64,000 bases of DNA from an uncultured Verrucomicrobiae bacterium (GCA_963765205.1 CAVXVB010000008.1:224001-288000); one strand, 5' to 3'. Shown: positions 49,125 to 58,966, counted from the first letter of the stretch. Made by a program: numbers and translations. Notes: generated by a model not told the origin, from the letters alone.

Positions 49125-52100
49125 ATGACTACCTCAAAGTTCGTCCGGTACCTCTTTGTCCCGGCTCTCGTGTTCCTGCCCTTGGCGAATGCTTTCGCGG
49201 CCGATGGTTCGGCCGCCGTGGCCGGGGCTGTTCTGGCGGCGAACGGCCAGCCGGTGACGCTTTCCACCGGTTGGTTGATGCAAGACGCCGCCCAAGTCAA
49301 GGAAGCAGGCGGGGCCATCTCCCACGTTGGCTATGCGACGCCGGTTTATGTTCCGGTGGATTATGCGCCGCCGGCGAGTGCGAGCGCCAATCCGCCGACG
49401 GCGAATGTCATCCCCCTGGAAGAGAGAACCGCCCGGGCCGGCGGAGCCAATCGGGGCGGGGCCAACGGCGGGACTGCCGGGCGGAACGGGCGGGGGAATT
49501 CGGGCTTGAATGATTTGGAGCCCAAAGCCGCGGCGATGCAGGGCGCTTCGTTGTGGGTGATCAATGCGGAGGCGAATCGGCCGAGTTTTTCCTCCGATTG
49601 GCAGCAAGCCCCCGCCCCGCCGGCCAAAGCGTGGTATAAAGCCACCGTGCCCGGCACGGTGCTGACGACCTTGGTGGACAATAAAATCTACCCGGATCCG
49701 CTCTATGGGGAAAACAACCGCCCGAATATCATCCCGGAGAGTCTCTGCCGCACATCGTATTGGTATCGCAATGAATTCACCGTGCCCGCCAGTTATGCCG
49801 GCCATGAGGTGTGGTTGAATTTTGACGGCATCAATTATGTGGCGGAGGTCTGGGTGAACGGGACCAAGGTGGGCAAGATCGCGGGCGCGTTCATGCGCGG
49901 GAATTTTCCCATTACGGCTTACGTCAAACCGGGCGAAAAAGCCGCTGTGGCGGTATTGATTGAGCCGCCGCCGCATCCGGGCGACCCGTGGGAAAAAACG
50001 GTGGCCAACCAACGCGGCCCCAACGGCGGCGGCGTCTCGGGGCAATTGGGGCGGGATGGGCCGACTTTCGTTGCGTCGGTGGGTTGGGACTGGGTGCCGG
50101 GGATCCGCGACCGCCAAATGGGCATCTGGCAGCCAGTAACGTTATCAGCCACCGGGCCGGTGCTCGTGCAAAATCCCTATGTGGTCACGACGCTGCCCCA
50201 ACTGCCGAGCACCGCGACGGCCGAGGTCAGCATTGAGGCCACCTTGCAGAACACGTCCGACACCGCGCAAACGGGGGTCTTCGCCGGGCGGCTGGACGAC
50301 ATCGCCTTTCATTCGGAGACCATCATAATTGCGCCGCACGGCGCGCAAGTGGTGAAGCTCAACCCGGCGACCAATCCGGAATTGCGATTGAGCAACCCCA
50401 AGCTTTGGTGGCCCAACGGAATGGGCGAGCCGAATCTGCACCCGCTGCGGCTGAGCTTTGCGATGAATGGCGCGATCTCCGACGCAAAGGAGATCAACAT
50501 CGGCATCCGGCAGGTCAGTTACTTCGTGGATGGCTCAAACAACCTGACCCTCAGCGTGAATGGTGTGCGCGTGTATGCCAAGGGGGGCGATTGGGGCATG
50601 GATGACGCGATGAAGCGCATTCCGGCCGAACGATTGGACACGCTGGTGCGCCTGCACAAGGAGGCCAACCTGAACATCATCCGCAACTGGGTCGGCCAAA
50701 GCACGAGCGAGAATTTTTTCGCCGCGTGCGACAAATATGGCATCATGGTGTGGGATGAGTTTTTCGAGGCCAATCCCAACAACGGGCGGGATCCGGATGA
50801 TCCAGGCCTCTACCTTGCGAACGTGCGCGACACGGTGCTGCGCTACCGCAACCACCCGTGCATTGTCATCTGGTGCGGGCGCAATGAAGGCCCGCCCTCC
50901 CCCGCCGCCATTGCGGACGGCAATGTTAAGATTCTGCAGGAACTCGATCCGCCGCGTTTTTATCAAGCCAGCTCGACTGCGGGCAACGGCGTCATTTCGG
51001 GCGGGCCTTATGGCTGGCAACTGCCGCGCTCGTATTATGGCTCCGGGCTGAACCAAGCATTCAAAACTGAAATCGGCAGCGCGTCCATCCCCACGCTGGA
51101 GGCGATCCAGGCGTGGATGCCGGAAAAGGATTGGTTCGACCAAAACTTCCCGAATGACGACTGGGCGGAGCACGACTTGGTCAACGGCGCGGGCAACCCG
51201 GCCGATAGCGCGCTGCAAAACGTCCTCCGGCAGCGTTATGGGCCGTATGCGAGCCTGGCCGAGTTTGTGCGCAAAGCGCAAATGGCCGACTATGAGACTT
51301 ACCGGGCGATGTATGAATCGCATCTGTCGAAAATGTTCGCGCCCTCGACGGCGCTGATGACCTGGATGAGCAACCCGGCGCAACCGTGCCTGGTGTGGCA
51401 AATTTACGATTACTCGCTGGAGCCGTTTGCTTCCTATTTTGCCGTGCAAAAGGCGTGCGAGCCGGTGCATGTGATGATGACGCAGGACAAGTTTCACCTG
51501 ATGCTGGTGAACAGCACTGCGGCGGCGCTTAATGGCCTCGCGGCCCGGATTCAGATTTATAATACAGATGGCGCGAAAAAATATGATCAGACGATGGCGG
51601 TCAGCGCGGCGGCTTCGGCGGCGACGGACTGGGGCGCGATTCCATTCCCAGCCGATGTCTCGCCGGTGCATTTCGTCAAACTTGAGCTGCGTGATTCCGC
51701 GGGCCAGTTGATTTCGGACAATTTTTATTGGCGGGAGACCAAGCAGGATGATTTTACCGCACTGGACACCATGCCCAACGTCACACTCGAGGCCCACTTG
51801 GTCCGGCACGACGCCGGGGACAATGTCCTGCTCGACGTAACCCTGACCAATCCCACCCAGCAGGTCGCCGTCATGGCCCATGTGCAGTTGCGCAACCAAC
51901 GCACGAACGAGCGTGTGCTGCCCGCCTTCTATTCGGAGAACTACGTTTCCTTTTTGCCCGGGGAAAGTAAAACCATCACCCTCGAGGCGGCGGCCAGCGC
52001 GCTGGGGCAAGATGAGCCGCGGGTCGTGGTGGATGGCTGGAATGTTTCCGTCAAGCCGGCGGTCCTGGCCGGCCAGGGCGGCGCGACCATCAGCCCCAAC

Positions 52101-53408
52101 AGCAACGCCATCGTGCCGCGGGCGGCCGAATACCAACGCATCGCCGCCGAAGTGGATGGCGTTTTCAAAAATGATATTGTGGATAAGTTTTTTCCGGCGA
52201 CGGAAGACACCATGGGCGCGGGATTTTTCCAAAGTTTCGGCGCGGACTGGACGCACCGGCCGAACGACACGACGAGAAGCATCGTTTACCAGGCGCGCCA
52301 GACGTGGCTCAGCGCGCAGGCCGCGTTGCATTATCCGGCCCAGGCGGCGGCGTATGTGGAACAATCGCGCCACGGCGTCGCGGAACTGGCGAATTTGCAG
52401 TGGGACCCAACCAACGGGGGATTCTACTGGTCGGTCAACGCGGCCACTGGCCTGCCGGTGGACAACCAAAAGCATACTTACGGCAACGCCTTTGGCATGT
52501 ATGCCGCCGCCGCGAGCTTCTCGCTCACGCATGATCCGGCGGCCCTGGATTTGGCAAAGAGGGAGTTTCAATGGCTCGAAGACCATGCCCGCGACCGGGA
52601 GCAGGGCGGCTACAACGAGGCGCTCGACGTCACGGGCCAGCCGATCGCCAATGCCGGGCGCGGCACCGACGCGCTGGGCCGACCTTACGGACAGAAGTCC
52701 ATGAACACGCACATCCACGCGCTTGAGGCGCTGACGGAACTTTACCAAGTCTGGCCGGACCCGGCCGTCAAAGCGCGCCTGGAGGAGATTTTTGGCCTCA
52801 ACCTGAACAAGATCCATGCCGATCCCGGCTATCTCATTTTGTATTTTAACAACGACTGGACGCCCGCCACCGGCGAGGAGGACTCTTATGGCCACAATCT
52901 GGAAGCCGCGTATCTGCTGACCGACACCTCCAAAATCCTCGGCCGGCCCGACGACGAAAAAGTATGGCGCGCCGCGCGCAACCTGGTGGACCACGCCCTG
53001 CAATTCGGCTGGGACCAGAAAAACGGGGGATTTTTTGAAGAAGGCGCGCTCGACGGCAGCCGCATCACCAAGGCGGGCAAAACGTGGTGGGTGCAGGCCG
53101 AGGGACTTTACGCGCTCCTGCTGATGCACGCGCGCTATGGCCAGGAAACGACCAAGTATTGGGATTATTTTGTGCAGGAATGGAATTTCATCAAGGACCA
53201 CCAGCTCGACCACGCGCACGGCGGTTGGTATGCTTCCGCGCCCAATAACGGCGCAACCAGCAATGCGCCCAAGACGGATCCCTGGACGGAAGGCTACCAC
53301 CAAGGCCGCGCCATGCTCAACGTTTACGCGCTGCTTAACCGGCTGGCCGACCCGCAGTGGCAGCCGCCGGCGCCACCGCCCGTCGAGCCGGCGGCTGCGG
53401 TGCGTTAA
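49125..53408 (+). CDS. Exported GH2 (beta-mannosidase-like) fused to an AGE-family (cellobiose/mannobiose 2-epimerase-like) domain
   Basis: Signal peptide; GH2 motifs FDGINY, GWDW, YRNHP..WCGRNE, TEIG; AGE motifs SMNTHIH, SYGHNLE, WWVQAE, GYHQGR. Confidence 0.85.
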   Translation: MTTSKFVRYLFVPALVFLPLANAFAADGSAAVAGAVLAANGQPVTLSTGWLMQDAAQVKEAGGAISHVGYATPVYVPVDYAPPASASANPPTANVIPLEERTARAGGANRGGANGGTAGRNGRGNSGLNDLEPKAAAMQGASLWVINAEANRPSFSSDWQQAPAPPAKAWYKATVPGTVLTTLVDNKIYPDPLYGENNRPNIIPESLCRTSYWYRNEFTVPASYAGHEVWLNFDGINYVAEVWVNGTKVGKIAGAFMRGNFPITAYVKPGEKAAVAVLIEPPPHPGDPWEKTVANQRGPNGGGVSGQLGRDGPTFVASVGWDWVPGIRDRQMGIWQPVTLSATGPVLVQNPYVVTTLPQLPSTATAEVSIEATLQNTSDTAQTGVFAGRLDDIAFHSETIIIAPHGAQVVKLNPATNPELRLSNPKLWWPNGMGEPNLHPLRLSFAMNGAISDAKEINIGIRQVSYFVDGSNNLTLSVNGVRVYAKGGDWGMDDAMKRIPAERLDTLVRLHKEANLNIIRNWVGQSTSENFFAACDKYGIMVWDEFFEANPNNGRDPDDPGLYLANVRDTVLRYRNHPCIVIWCGRNEGPPSPAAIADGNVKILQELDPPRFYQASSTAGNGVISGGPYGWQLPRSYYGSGLNQAFKTEIGSASIPTLEAIQAWMPEKDWFDQNFPNDDWAEHDLVNGAGNPADSALQNVLRQRYGPYASLAEFVRKAQMADYETYRAMYESHLSKMFAPSTALMTWMSNPAQPCLVWQIYDYSLEPFASYFAVQKACEPVHVMMTQDKFHLMLVNSTAAALNGLAARIQIYNTDGAKKYDQTMAVSAAASAATDWGAIPFPADVSPVHFVKLELRDSAGQLISDNFYWRETKQDDFTALDTMPNVTLEAHLVRHDAGDNVLLDVTLTNPTQQVAVMAHVQLRNQRTNERVLPAFYSENYVSFLPGESKTITLEAAASALGQDEPRVVVDGWNVSVKPAVLAGQGGATISPNSNAIVPRAAEYQRIAAEVDGVFKNDIVDKFFPATEDTMGAGFFQSFGADWTHRPNDTTRSIVYQARQTWLSAQAALHYPAQAAAYVEQSRHGVAELANLQWDPTNGGFYWSVNAATGLPVDNQKHTYGNAFGMYAAAASFSLTHDPAALDLAKREFQWLEDHARDREQGGYNEALDVTGQPIANAGRGTDALGRPYGQKSMNTHIHALEALTELYQVWPDPAVKARLEEIFGLNLNKIHADPGYLILYFNNDWTPATGEEDSYGHNLEAAYLLTDTSKILGRPDDEKVWRAARNLVDHALQFGWDQKNGGFFEEGALDGSRITKAGKTWWVQAEGLYALLLMHARYGQETTKYWDYFVQEWNFIKDHQLDHAHGGWYASAPNNGATSNAPKTDPWTEGYHQGRAMLNVYALLNRLADPQWQPPAPPPVEPAAAVR

Positions 53409-56400
53409 TCACTGGCAGGCTTCGCAGGTTTCGCCGCGGAGACGGGCTTCGAGACTGCAGGAGGCTTTCTCCTCGTCGGAATAGACGCGCGCCGGAATGG
53501 GAGGGATGGTGTTGCCATTGGACTCGACGGCGGCGGCGACGCCGGGGGCTTCGTCCTCGCTGCGGTTGATGTGGCCGCGGGTTTCCTTTTTCACGGCGAC
53601 GGTGGCTTTCTCGATGTTCGAGGCACCGAGGGTGCGCAGGTAATAGGTGGTCTTGAGGCCCTTGCGCCAGGCGGAGCGATACATGTGCGAGAGCGCCTTG
53701 ATCTCGGGCTTGCCGAGGAAGAGGTTGACGGACTGGGACTGGTCAATCCACTTCTGGCGGCGGGCGGCGGCGTCCACCACGAAGGCAAAATCAATGTCGA
53801 AGGCGGTGGCGAACTTGAGCTTGAGGTCGGCGGGGATGCGCTCGATCTTGCCCAGCTCACCGTCGAAGTATTTGAGGCTGTCAATCATTTCGGGGTCCCA
53901 GAGGCCGCGTTGCTTGAGTTCCTTGACGAGGGCGTGATTGAGGACGATGTATTCGCCGCCGAGGTTGCTTTTGACGAAGAGGTTCTTGTAGTAAGGCTCG
54001 ATGCAGGGCGAGGTGCCCATGATGTTCGAGATGGTGGCGGTGGGCGCGATGGCGAGGACGTTGCTGTTCCGCATCCCTTGGCGGCGGATTTTCTGGCGCA
54101 GGGGCGTCCAGTCCAGGCGGCCGCCGCGCGGCACGTCCACGGGGACGCCGCGTTCCTGCTCGAGCAGTTCGAGCGTGTCCTGCGGGAGGATGCCGCGGTC
54201 CCACTTCGAGCCATGGTAGGAAGAATAAGCACCGCGTTCGGCGGCGAGGTCGCTCGAGGCTTCGTAGGCGTAGAAGGCGATGGCCTCCATGAATTCGTCG
54301 TTGAACTCGACGGCTTCAGGCGTGGCGAAGGCGAGGTTCTTGCGGTAAAGGGCGTTGTGCAGGCCCATGACGCCGAGGCCGATGGGCCGGTGGCGCAGGT
54401 TCGAGGTCTCGGCGGCCTTGGTCGGGTAGAAGTTGATGTCAATGACGTTGTCGAGCGCGCGGACGGCGACGCGGATGGTCTCGCGCAGGGCGTGGTGGTC
54501 GAGCGCGCCGTCGGGCTTGAGGTGGGTGTCAAGGACGACGGAGCCGAGGTTGCAGACGGCGGTTTCCTCGAAGGAGGTGTTGAGCGTGATTTCGGTGCAG
54601 AGGTTTGAGGAGTGGATGACGCCGACGTGGTCCTGCGGGCTACGGATATTGCAGGGGTCCTTGAAGGTGATCCAGGGGTGGCCGGTCTCGAAGAGCATTT
54701 TGAGCATGAGTTTCCACAGCTCGATGGCGGGGATGCTTTTGCCGAAGATTTTACCGTCGCGGGCGAGTTGCTCGTAGTGGTGGTAGCGTTCCTCGAAGCG
54801 GCGGCCATACAGCTCGTGCAGGTCGGGCGTTTCGCAGGCGCGGAAGAGCGTCCAGTCCTCGCGCGCTTCCATGCGTTTCATGAACAGGTCGGGGATCCAA
54901 TTGGCCGTGTTCATGTCGTGGGTGCGGCGGCGGTCGTCGCCGGTGTTGCGGCGCAGTTCGAGGAAGTCGAGCACGTCGTTGTGCCAGGTTTCGAGGTAGG
55001 CGCAGCCGGAGCCGCGACGCTTGCCGCCCTGGTTGACGGCGACCAACTGGTCGTTGTGCAGCTTGAGGAAGGGGATGACGCCCTGGCTTTCGCCGTTGGT
55101 GCCCTTGATGTAGCCGCCGGTGCCGCGCACCGCCGTCCACGAGCCGCCGAGGCCGCCGGCCCATTTCGAGAGGAAGGCGTTTTCGGCGATGCCGCGGAGC
55201 ATGATGCTCTCGATATTGTCGTCCACTTTGTAAAGGTAGCAGGAGGAGAGCTGGGAATGCAGGGTGCCGGCGTTGAAGAGCGTGGGCGTCGAGGAGCAGA
55301 AGCGGCGATTTTTGTAGAGGCCGTAGAGGCGGACGACCCAGTCCTCGCGCTCGCGTGGTTCGTTGAGGAAAAGGCCCATGGCGACGCGCATCCAAAAATA
55401 CTGGGGCGTTTCGAGCCGGCGTGCGGGCGTGCAGGTCTTGTCCACGACGAGGTAGCGGTCGTAGAGGGTCTGGATGCCGAGGAAATCGAATTCGAGGTCG
55501 GCCATGGGGTCGAGCGCGTCGGCGAGTTTGGCGAGGTCATATTTGAGGAGCGCGGGGTTGAGGCGCTCGATGCGGGCGGCGTGTTCGAGGTTTTTCTTGA
55601 ACTGGCGGGCGTGGAACTGCTTGAGCGCGCCGAGGCCGTCGCGCAGAATGTCCCACCCGAGGACTTCCTCGTAGATGTAGGAGAGGAGGATGCGGCCGGC
55701 GAACTTGGCGAAGTCGGCGTCGCGCTCAATGAGGGTCTTGGCGTTGAGGATGACGGTTTGCTGGAGGTCCTCGCGGGTCATCTCGGTCGAGAGCGAACGG
55801 CGCAGCTCGACTTCGATTTGCTCGCGCGAGAGGCAGAGGTCGAGGCCGATGCCGGCGAAAGCGATGCGGGCACGCAGTTCCGCGCCGTCCCACATCTCGG
55901 ACTGGCCGCCGGCGCGCTTGATGAAGATGATTTGCTCCTGGCGGGCGTCGGCGCCGCCGGCGGGGGCGGGCTGGCTCTTGCGCGTCATGTCGCGCTCGCG
56001 GCGGTAAAGGATGTAGGAGGTCGCCACTTTGTAGTGGCCGTGGCGCATCAGTTCCTCCTCGACGAGGTCTTGCACATCCTCGATGGAAATGAAGGCCTGG
56101 CCGAGGTCGCGCACGCGGTCGCTGACGGATTCGGAGACGCGCACCGCCGGCTCGCTGTCGAGGTGGAGGGAGAGAAAGGCCTTGCGGACGGCGATCTCGA
56201 CTTTGTTCTGGTCCCAGGGCACAACCTGGCCGTTGCGGCGGATGAGGCGCACATGGACGGGCAGGGCCTCGCCCGCGGCAATGGGGCCGGAGCCGTCGCC
56301 ATTGGCGGCGGCGGCCGAGGCGACGCCCGAGCGTTTGAAGACGAGGCTTTTCGCGACGTCGTGTTGGTTCTGGTGGACGAGCGCCTTTTCGATGATGCGG

Positions 56401-56750
56401 TTGATTTCGTCCTCGGAGAGCACGCGGTCTTTGTTGGCGGCCCAGCGCACGACGATTTCCTCGCCGACTTCCTTGGCGATTTCGGCGACGAGGCGGCGGT
56501 TTTGGTCGGTGAAAATGTCCTGCACCTCGCGCGAGAGCAGCAGGTCGGTCAGCGCGGAGCCGACGGTCTCGGCGATTTCGGCGAGGTCGAAGTGGCGGGC
56601 CACGCCTTCGGCGAGGACCATCACGTCGGGCTGCACGACGGTGGAGTTGACGATGACCTCGCGCCAGTTGAAGCGGGGCTTCTGGTCCTCGGGCGTCAGG
56701 GCAAAGCGTTTGAGGGCGTTGTCTTCTTCGAGCGGAATATGGCGGATCAT
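53409..56750 (-). CDS. nrdA: Ribonucleoside-diphosphate reductase alpha subunit with multiple ATP cones
   Basis: STPTLFN, QLSSCY, SSNLCTEI, VCNLGS, APTATIS, TTYYLR, C-terminal CEAC. Confidence 0.96.
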   Translation of the reverse strand: MIRHIPLEEDNALKRFALTPEDQKPRFNWREVIVNSTVVQPDVMVLAEGVARHFDLAEIAETVGSALTDLLLSREVQDIFTDQNRRLVAEIAKEVGEEIVVRWAANKDRVLSEDEINRIIEKALVHQNQHDVAKSLVFKRSGVASAAAANGDGSGPIAAGEALPVHVRLIRRNGQVVPWDQNKVEIAVRKAFLSLHLDSEPAVRVSESVSDRVRDLGQAFISIEDVQDLVEEELMRHGHYKVATSYILYRRERDMTRKSQPAPAGGADARQEQIIFIKRAGGQSEMWDGAELRARIAFAGIGLDLCLSREQIEVELRRSLSTEMTREDLQQTVILNAKTLIERDADFAKFAGRILLSYIYEEVLGWDILRDGLGALKQFHARQFKKNLEHAARIERLNPALLKYDLAKLADALDPMADLEFDFLGIQTLYDRYLVVDKTCTPARRLETPQYFWMRVAMGLFLNEPREREDWVVRLYGLYKNRRFCSSTPTLFNAGTLHSQLSSCYLYKVDDNIESIMLRGIAENAFLSKWAGGLGGSWTAVRGTGGYIKGTNGESQGVIPFLKLHNDQLVAVNQGGKRRGSGCAYLETWHNDVLDFLELRRNTGDDRRRTHDMNTANWIPDLFMKRMEAREDWTLFRACETPDLHELYGRRFEERYHHYEQLARDGKIFGKSIPAIELWKLMLKMLFETGHPWITFKDPCNIRSPQDHVGVIHSSNLCTEITLNTSFEETAVCNLGSVVLDTHLKPDGALDHHALRETIRVAVRALDNVIDINFYPTKAAETSNLRHRPIGLGVMGLHNALYRKNLAFATPEAVEFNDEFMEAIAFYAYEASSDLAAERGAYSSYHGSKWDRGILPQDTLELLEQERGVPVDVPRGGRLDWTPLRQKIRRQGMRNSNVLAIAPTATISNIMGTSPCIEPYYKNLFVKSNLGGEYIVLNHALVKELKQRGLWDPEMIDSLKYFDGELGKIERIPADLKLKFATAFDIDFAFVVDAAARRQKWIDQSQSVNLFLGKPEIKALSHMYRSAWRKGLKTTYYLRTLGASNIEKATVAVKKETRGHINRSEDEAPGVAAAVESNGNTIPPIPARVYSDEEKASCSLEARLRGETCEACQ

Positions 56751-56752
56751 GG

Positions 56753-56794
56753 GAATTAGGAATTAAGAGTTAAGAATTAAGAAGTCAGAGTTGG
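56753..56794. repeat. 7-mer tandem array (GAATTAA)
   Basis: GAATTAG GAATTAA GAGTTAA GAATTAA GAAGTCA. Confidence 0.75.
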
Positions 56795-57236
56795 GAAAGG
56801 GAAGGGAAGAGCGGGCGAAAGGGGATGGTGGGAGGATGGGCGGGACGGGCGGAGGCGGGAGGATCAAGATGGGGTCGGAAGATGATGACGACGATGAAGG
56901 TGGCGGCGAGGGCGGGGGGCGGCCGCCGAACCAGCGGCGGGCGGTTTCCCGGGCCTGGAATTTGTGGTAAGGTTTGATGGAGAAGGCGACGGCGCCGGCG
57001 GCAATCAGGAAGGCGATAAAGTCGTCCACCTCGCCCAGGGGCGGCAAAAAATCGAGGACAATGCCGAGCGAAAAAACATAGAGCAAAGCGCCGAAGAGAC
57101 AGCGCTTGGCCCAGAGCGGAACCTTGGGGTCCGTGACGACATAATAAAGCACGAGGATTTTCTCGACGGCCCAGCGCACCGGCGCGAGGACGAACCGGAC
57201 GGGCGAACGGAATACTTTGGGGGCCTGGTCTTGCAC
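56763..57236 (-). CDS. YkvA/DUF1232-family membrane protein
   Basis: DPKVPLWAK...LLY...LDFLP.LGEVDD and H...ARE...RWF. Confidence 0.75.
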   Translation of the reverse strand: MQDQAPKVFRSPVRFVLAPVRWAVEKILVLYYVVTDPKVPLWAKRCLFGALLYVFSLGIVLDFLPPLGEVDDFIAFLIAAGAVAFSIKPYHKFQARETARRWFGGRPPPSPPPSSSSSSSDPILILPPPPVPPILPPSPFARSSLPFPNSDFLILNS

Positions 57237-57256
57237 GCAGTCATTGATTCTTAGTT

Positions 57257-57284
57257 TTCTAGTTTCTTGTTTCTAGTTTTTAGT
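57257..57284. repeat. 7-mer tandem array (TTCTAGT)
   Basis: TTCTAGT TTCTTGT TTCTAGT TTTTAGT. Confidence 0.75.
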
Positions 57285-57302
57285 TCTGAGGGCCGGGTTG
57301 GT

Positions 57303-58400
57303 TTAGAGTTCGTCGTTGTGGACGTCGCCGAGGGAGCTGGATTTTTGGTATTCGGTGACGCGGCCTTCGAAGAAGTTCTGCTCTTTCTTGATGTCCATCA
57401 TCTCGGCGAGCCAGGGGAGCGGGTTGGTGATGCCGGGGTTGAGGGGGCGCAGGCCCACGCCTTCGAGGCGCCGGTCGGCCACGTAATCTATATATTGCAT
57501 GAACTCGCTCGCAGTTAGGCCGACGCCGCCGACGGGCAGGCAGTCGCGGATAAAATCTTTCTCGATCGCGACGCCTTCGGCCATCAGGTCGGTGAGTTCC
57601 TGGCGGAAGGCGGGCGTCCAGATTTCCTTGTTTTCCTCGACGAGGTCCATGAGGAGGTTGCGGAACAGTTCGATGTGGTTGCTTTCGTCGCGGAGGGTGT
57701 AGCGGAACATCTGGCCGATGCCGGGGAACTTGTTCTGGCGGTAAAGCGAGAGCACCATGCCGAAGAGGCCGTAGAACTGCGTGCCTTCCATGACCTGGCC
57801 GAAGAGGAAGATGTTTTTGGCCAGGGCTTGCTGGACGGCGGGGTCTTTGGTGTCGAGGTCGCCGCGAAGGGCTTTCGAGTTGCTGGTGACGAAGTGGGTC
57901 TTGCGCTTGATGGTCGGGATGTCCTCGAACATGGCCTCGCATTCGTGGGGGTTGATGCCGAGCGAACTGATCATATACACGAGGGAATCGGCGTGGATGT
58001 TTTCCTCATGGGCGTGGCGGCCAAGGACGAGTTTCAGCTCCGGGGCGGTGACGACCTCGCGCACGACGTGGATGATGTTGTCGCCGACAATGCCTTCGGC
58101 GGCGGAAAAGTAGCCGATGGCCATCTTGATAATCCAGCGGTCCACGTCGGTGATGGCTTTCGAGGGGTCGCGCCATTGCTCGCAGTCCTTCTGCATGGGC
58201 ATATCCTCCGGCTCCCAATGGTTGGCCTTCATGTTCTTATACAGTTCGTAGGCCCAAGTGTATTTGAGCGGGAGGATGTTGAAAAACATCGTCGGGCGGC
58301 CGTTGATGACGCGCTTGGCGGCATAGGCTTCCTCGGCTTTGGTGCGGTCGAGAAGGAAAGTTTTCGGGCCGATTTGGTAGGTGACGGTGTCAGCAATCAT
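57303..58400 (-). CDS. nrdB: Ribonucleotide reductase beta subunit, class Ic-like
   Basis: YFSAAEGIV, EENIHADSL, MEGTQFY, RDESNH, NFFEGRVTEY. Confidence 0.94.
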   Translation of the reverse strand: MIADTVTYQIGPKTFLLDRTKAEEAYAAKRVINGRPTMFFNILPLKYTWAYELYKNMKANHWEPEDMPMQKDCEQWRDPSKAITDVDRWIIKMAIGYFSAAEGIVGDNIIHVVREVVTAPELKLVLGRHAHEENIHADSLVYMISSLGINPHECEAMFEDIPTIKRKTHFVTSNSKALRGDLDTKDPAVQQALAKNIFLFGQVMEGTQFYGLFGMVLSLYRQNKFPGIGQMFRYTLRDESNHIELFRNLLMDLVEENKEIWTPAFRQELTDLMAEGVAIEKDFIRDCLPVGGVGLTASEFMQYIDYVADRRLEGVGLRPLNPGITNPLPWLAEMMDIKKEQNFFEGRVTEYQKSSSLGDVHNDEL

Positions 58401-58677
58401 GGGCGGGCGGATTCAGATTCCTAACGATGCTGGGTGCGTCGCGCGGGTGGGACGGGCGGCGAATCGTTGGGGAGGAGTTTGGTTCGGTTTGGGTTCGGTT
58501 TGGGTTCTTTTTTTTCGCGTGGCGGGCGAGGAGCGCAGGCAAGGCCCGGTTACGCCCGAGGGCGCGGAAAAAACAGCGCGGAAAATTGCGAGGGGTTCGG
58601 TTGGAGCGGCCGACAAATCCACAATTCTCTGCGTGGAGGATACTAATTGCCCAGTTTTGGCAGATTGTCAAGGCCCA

Positions 58678-58725
58678 CCACTACATTTAGTGTTACATTT
58701 TTTAAATCCCCCCTACAGGTAGGGG
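58678..58725. promoter_or_regulatory. Tandem NrdR boxes
   Basis: CCACTACATTTAGTGT (58678-58693) and CCCCTACAGGTAGGGG (58710-58725), 32 bp apart, upstream of nrdB and next to a minus-strand TTGACA (58671-58666). Confidence 0.7.
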
Positions 58726-58966
58726 ATTCAAGTAGGTGATTTTATGAGGTAAGGTAGTGGTTTTGAAGGGTTTTGGGGTGAATTTGAAGCTTTTTTTTGG
58801 AAATTTTTGAGGCTCCAAGGGCATGGGAGAGCGCGGAGCGACCGAAAGGGTGAAAATTGCCCCAAAATGGCGTTCGCGCAACGAATTGTTGTTCTTTTTT
58901 TGCACAACATTCACACAATCCGGGTTATTCACAAATTTGGGAGGTCGGACGAAGGTTTCCAAGGCA

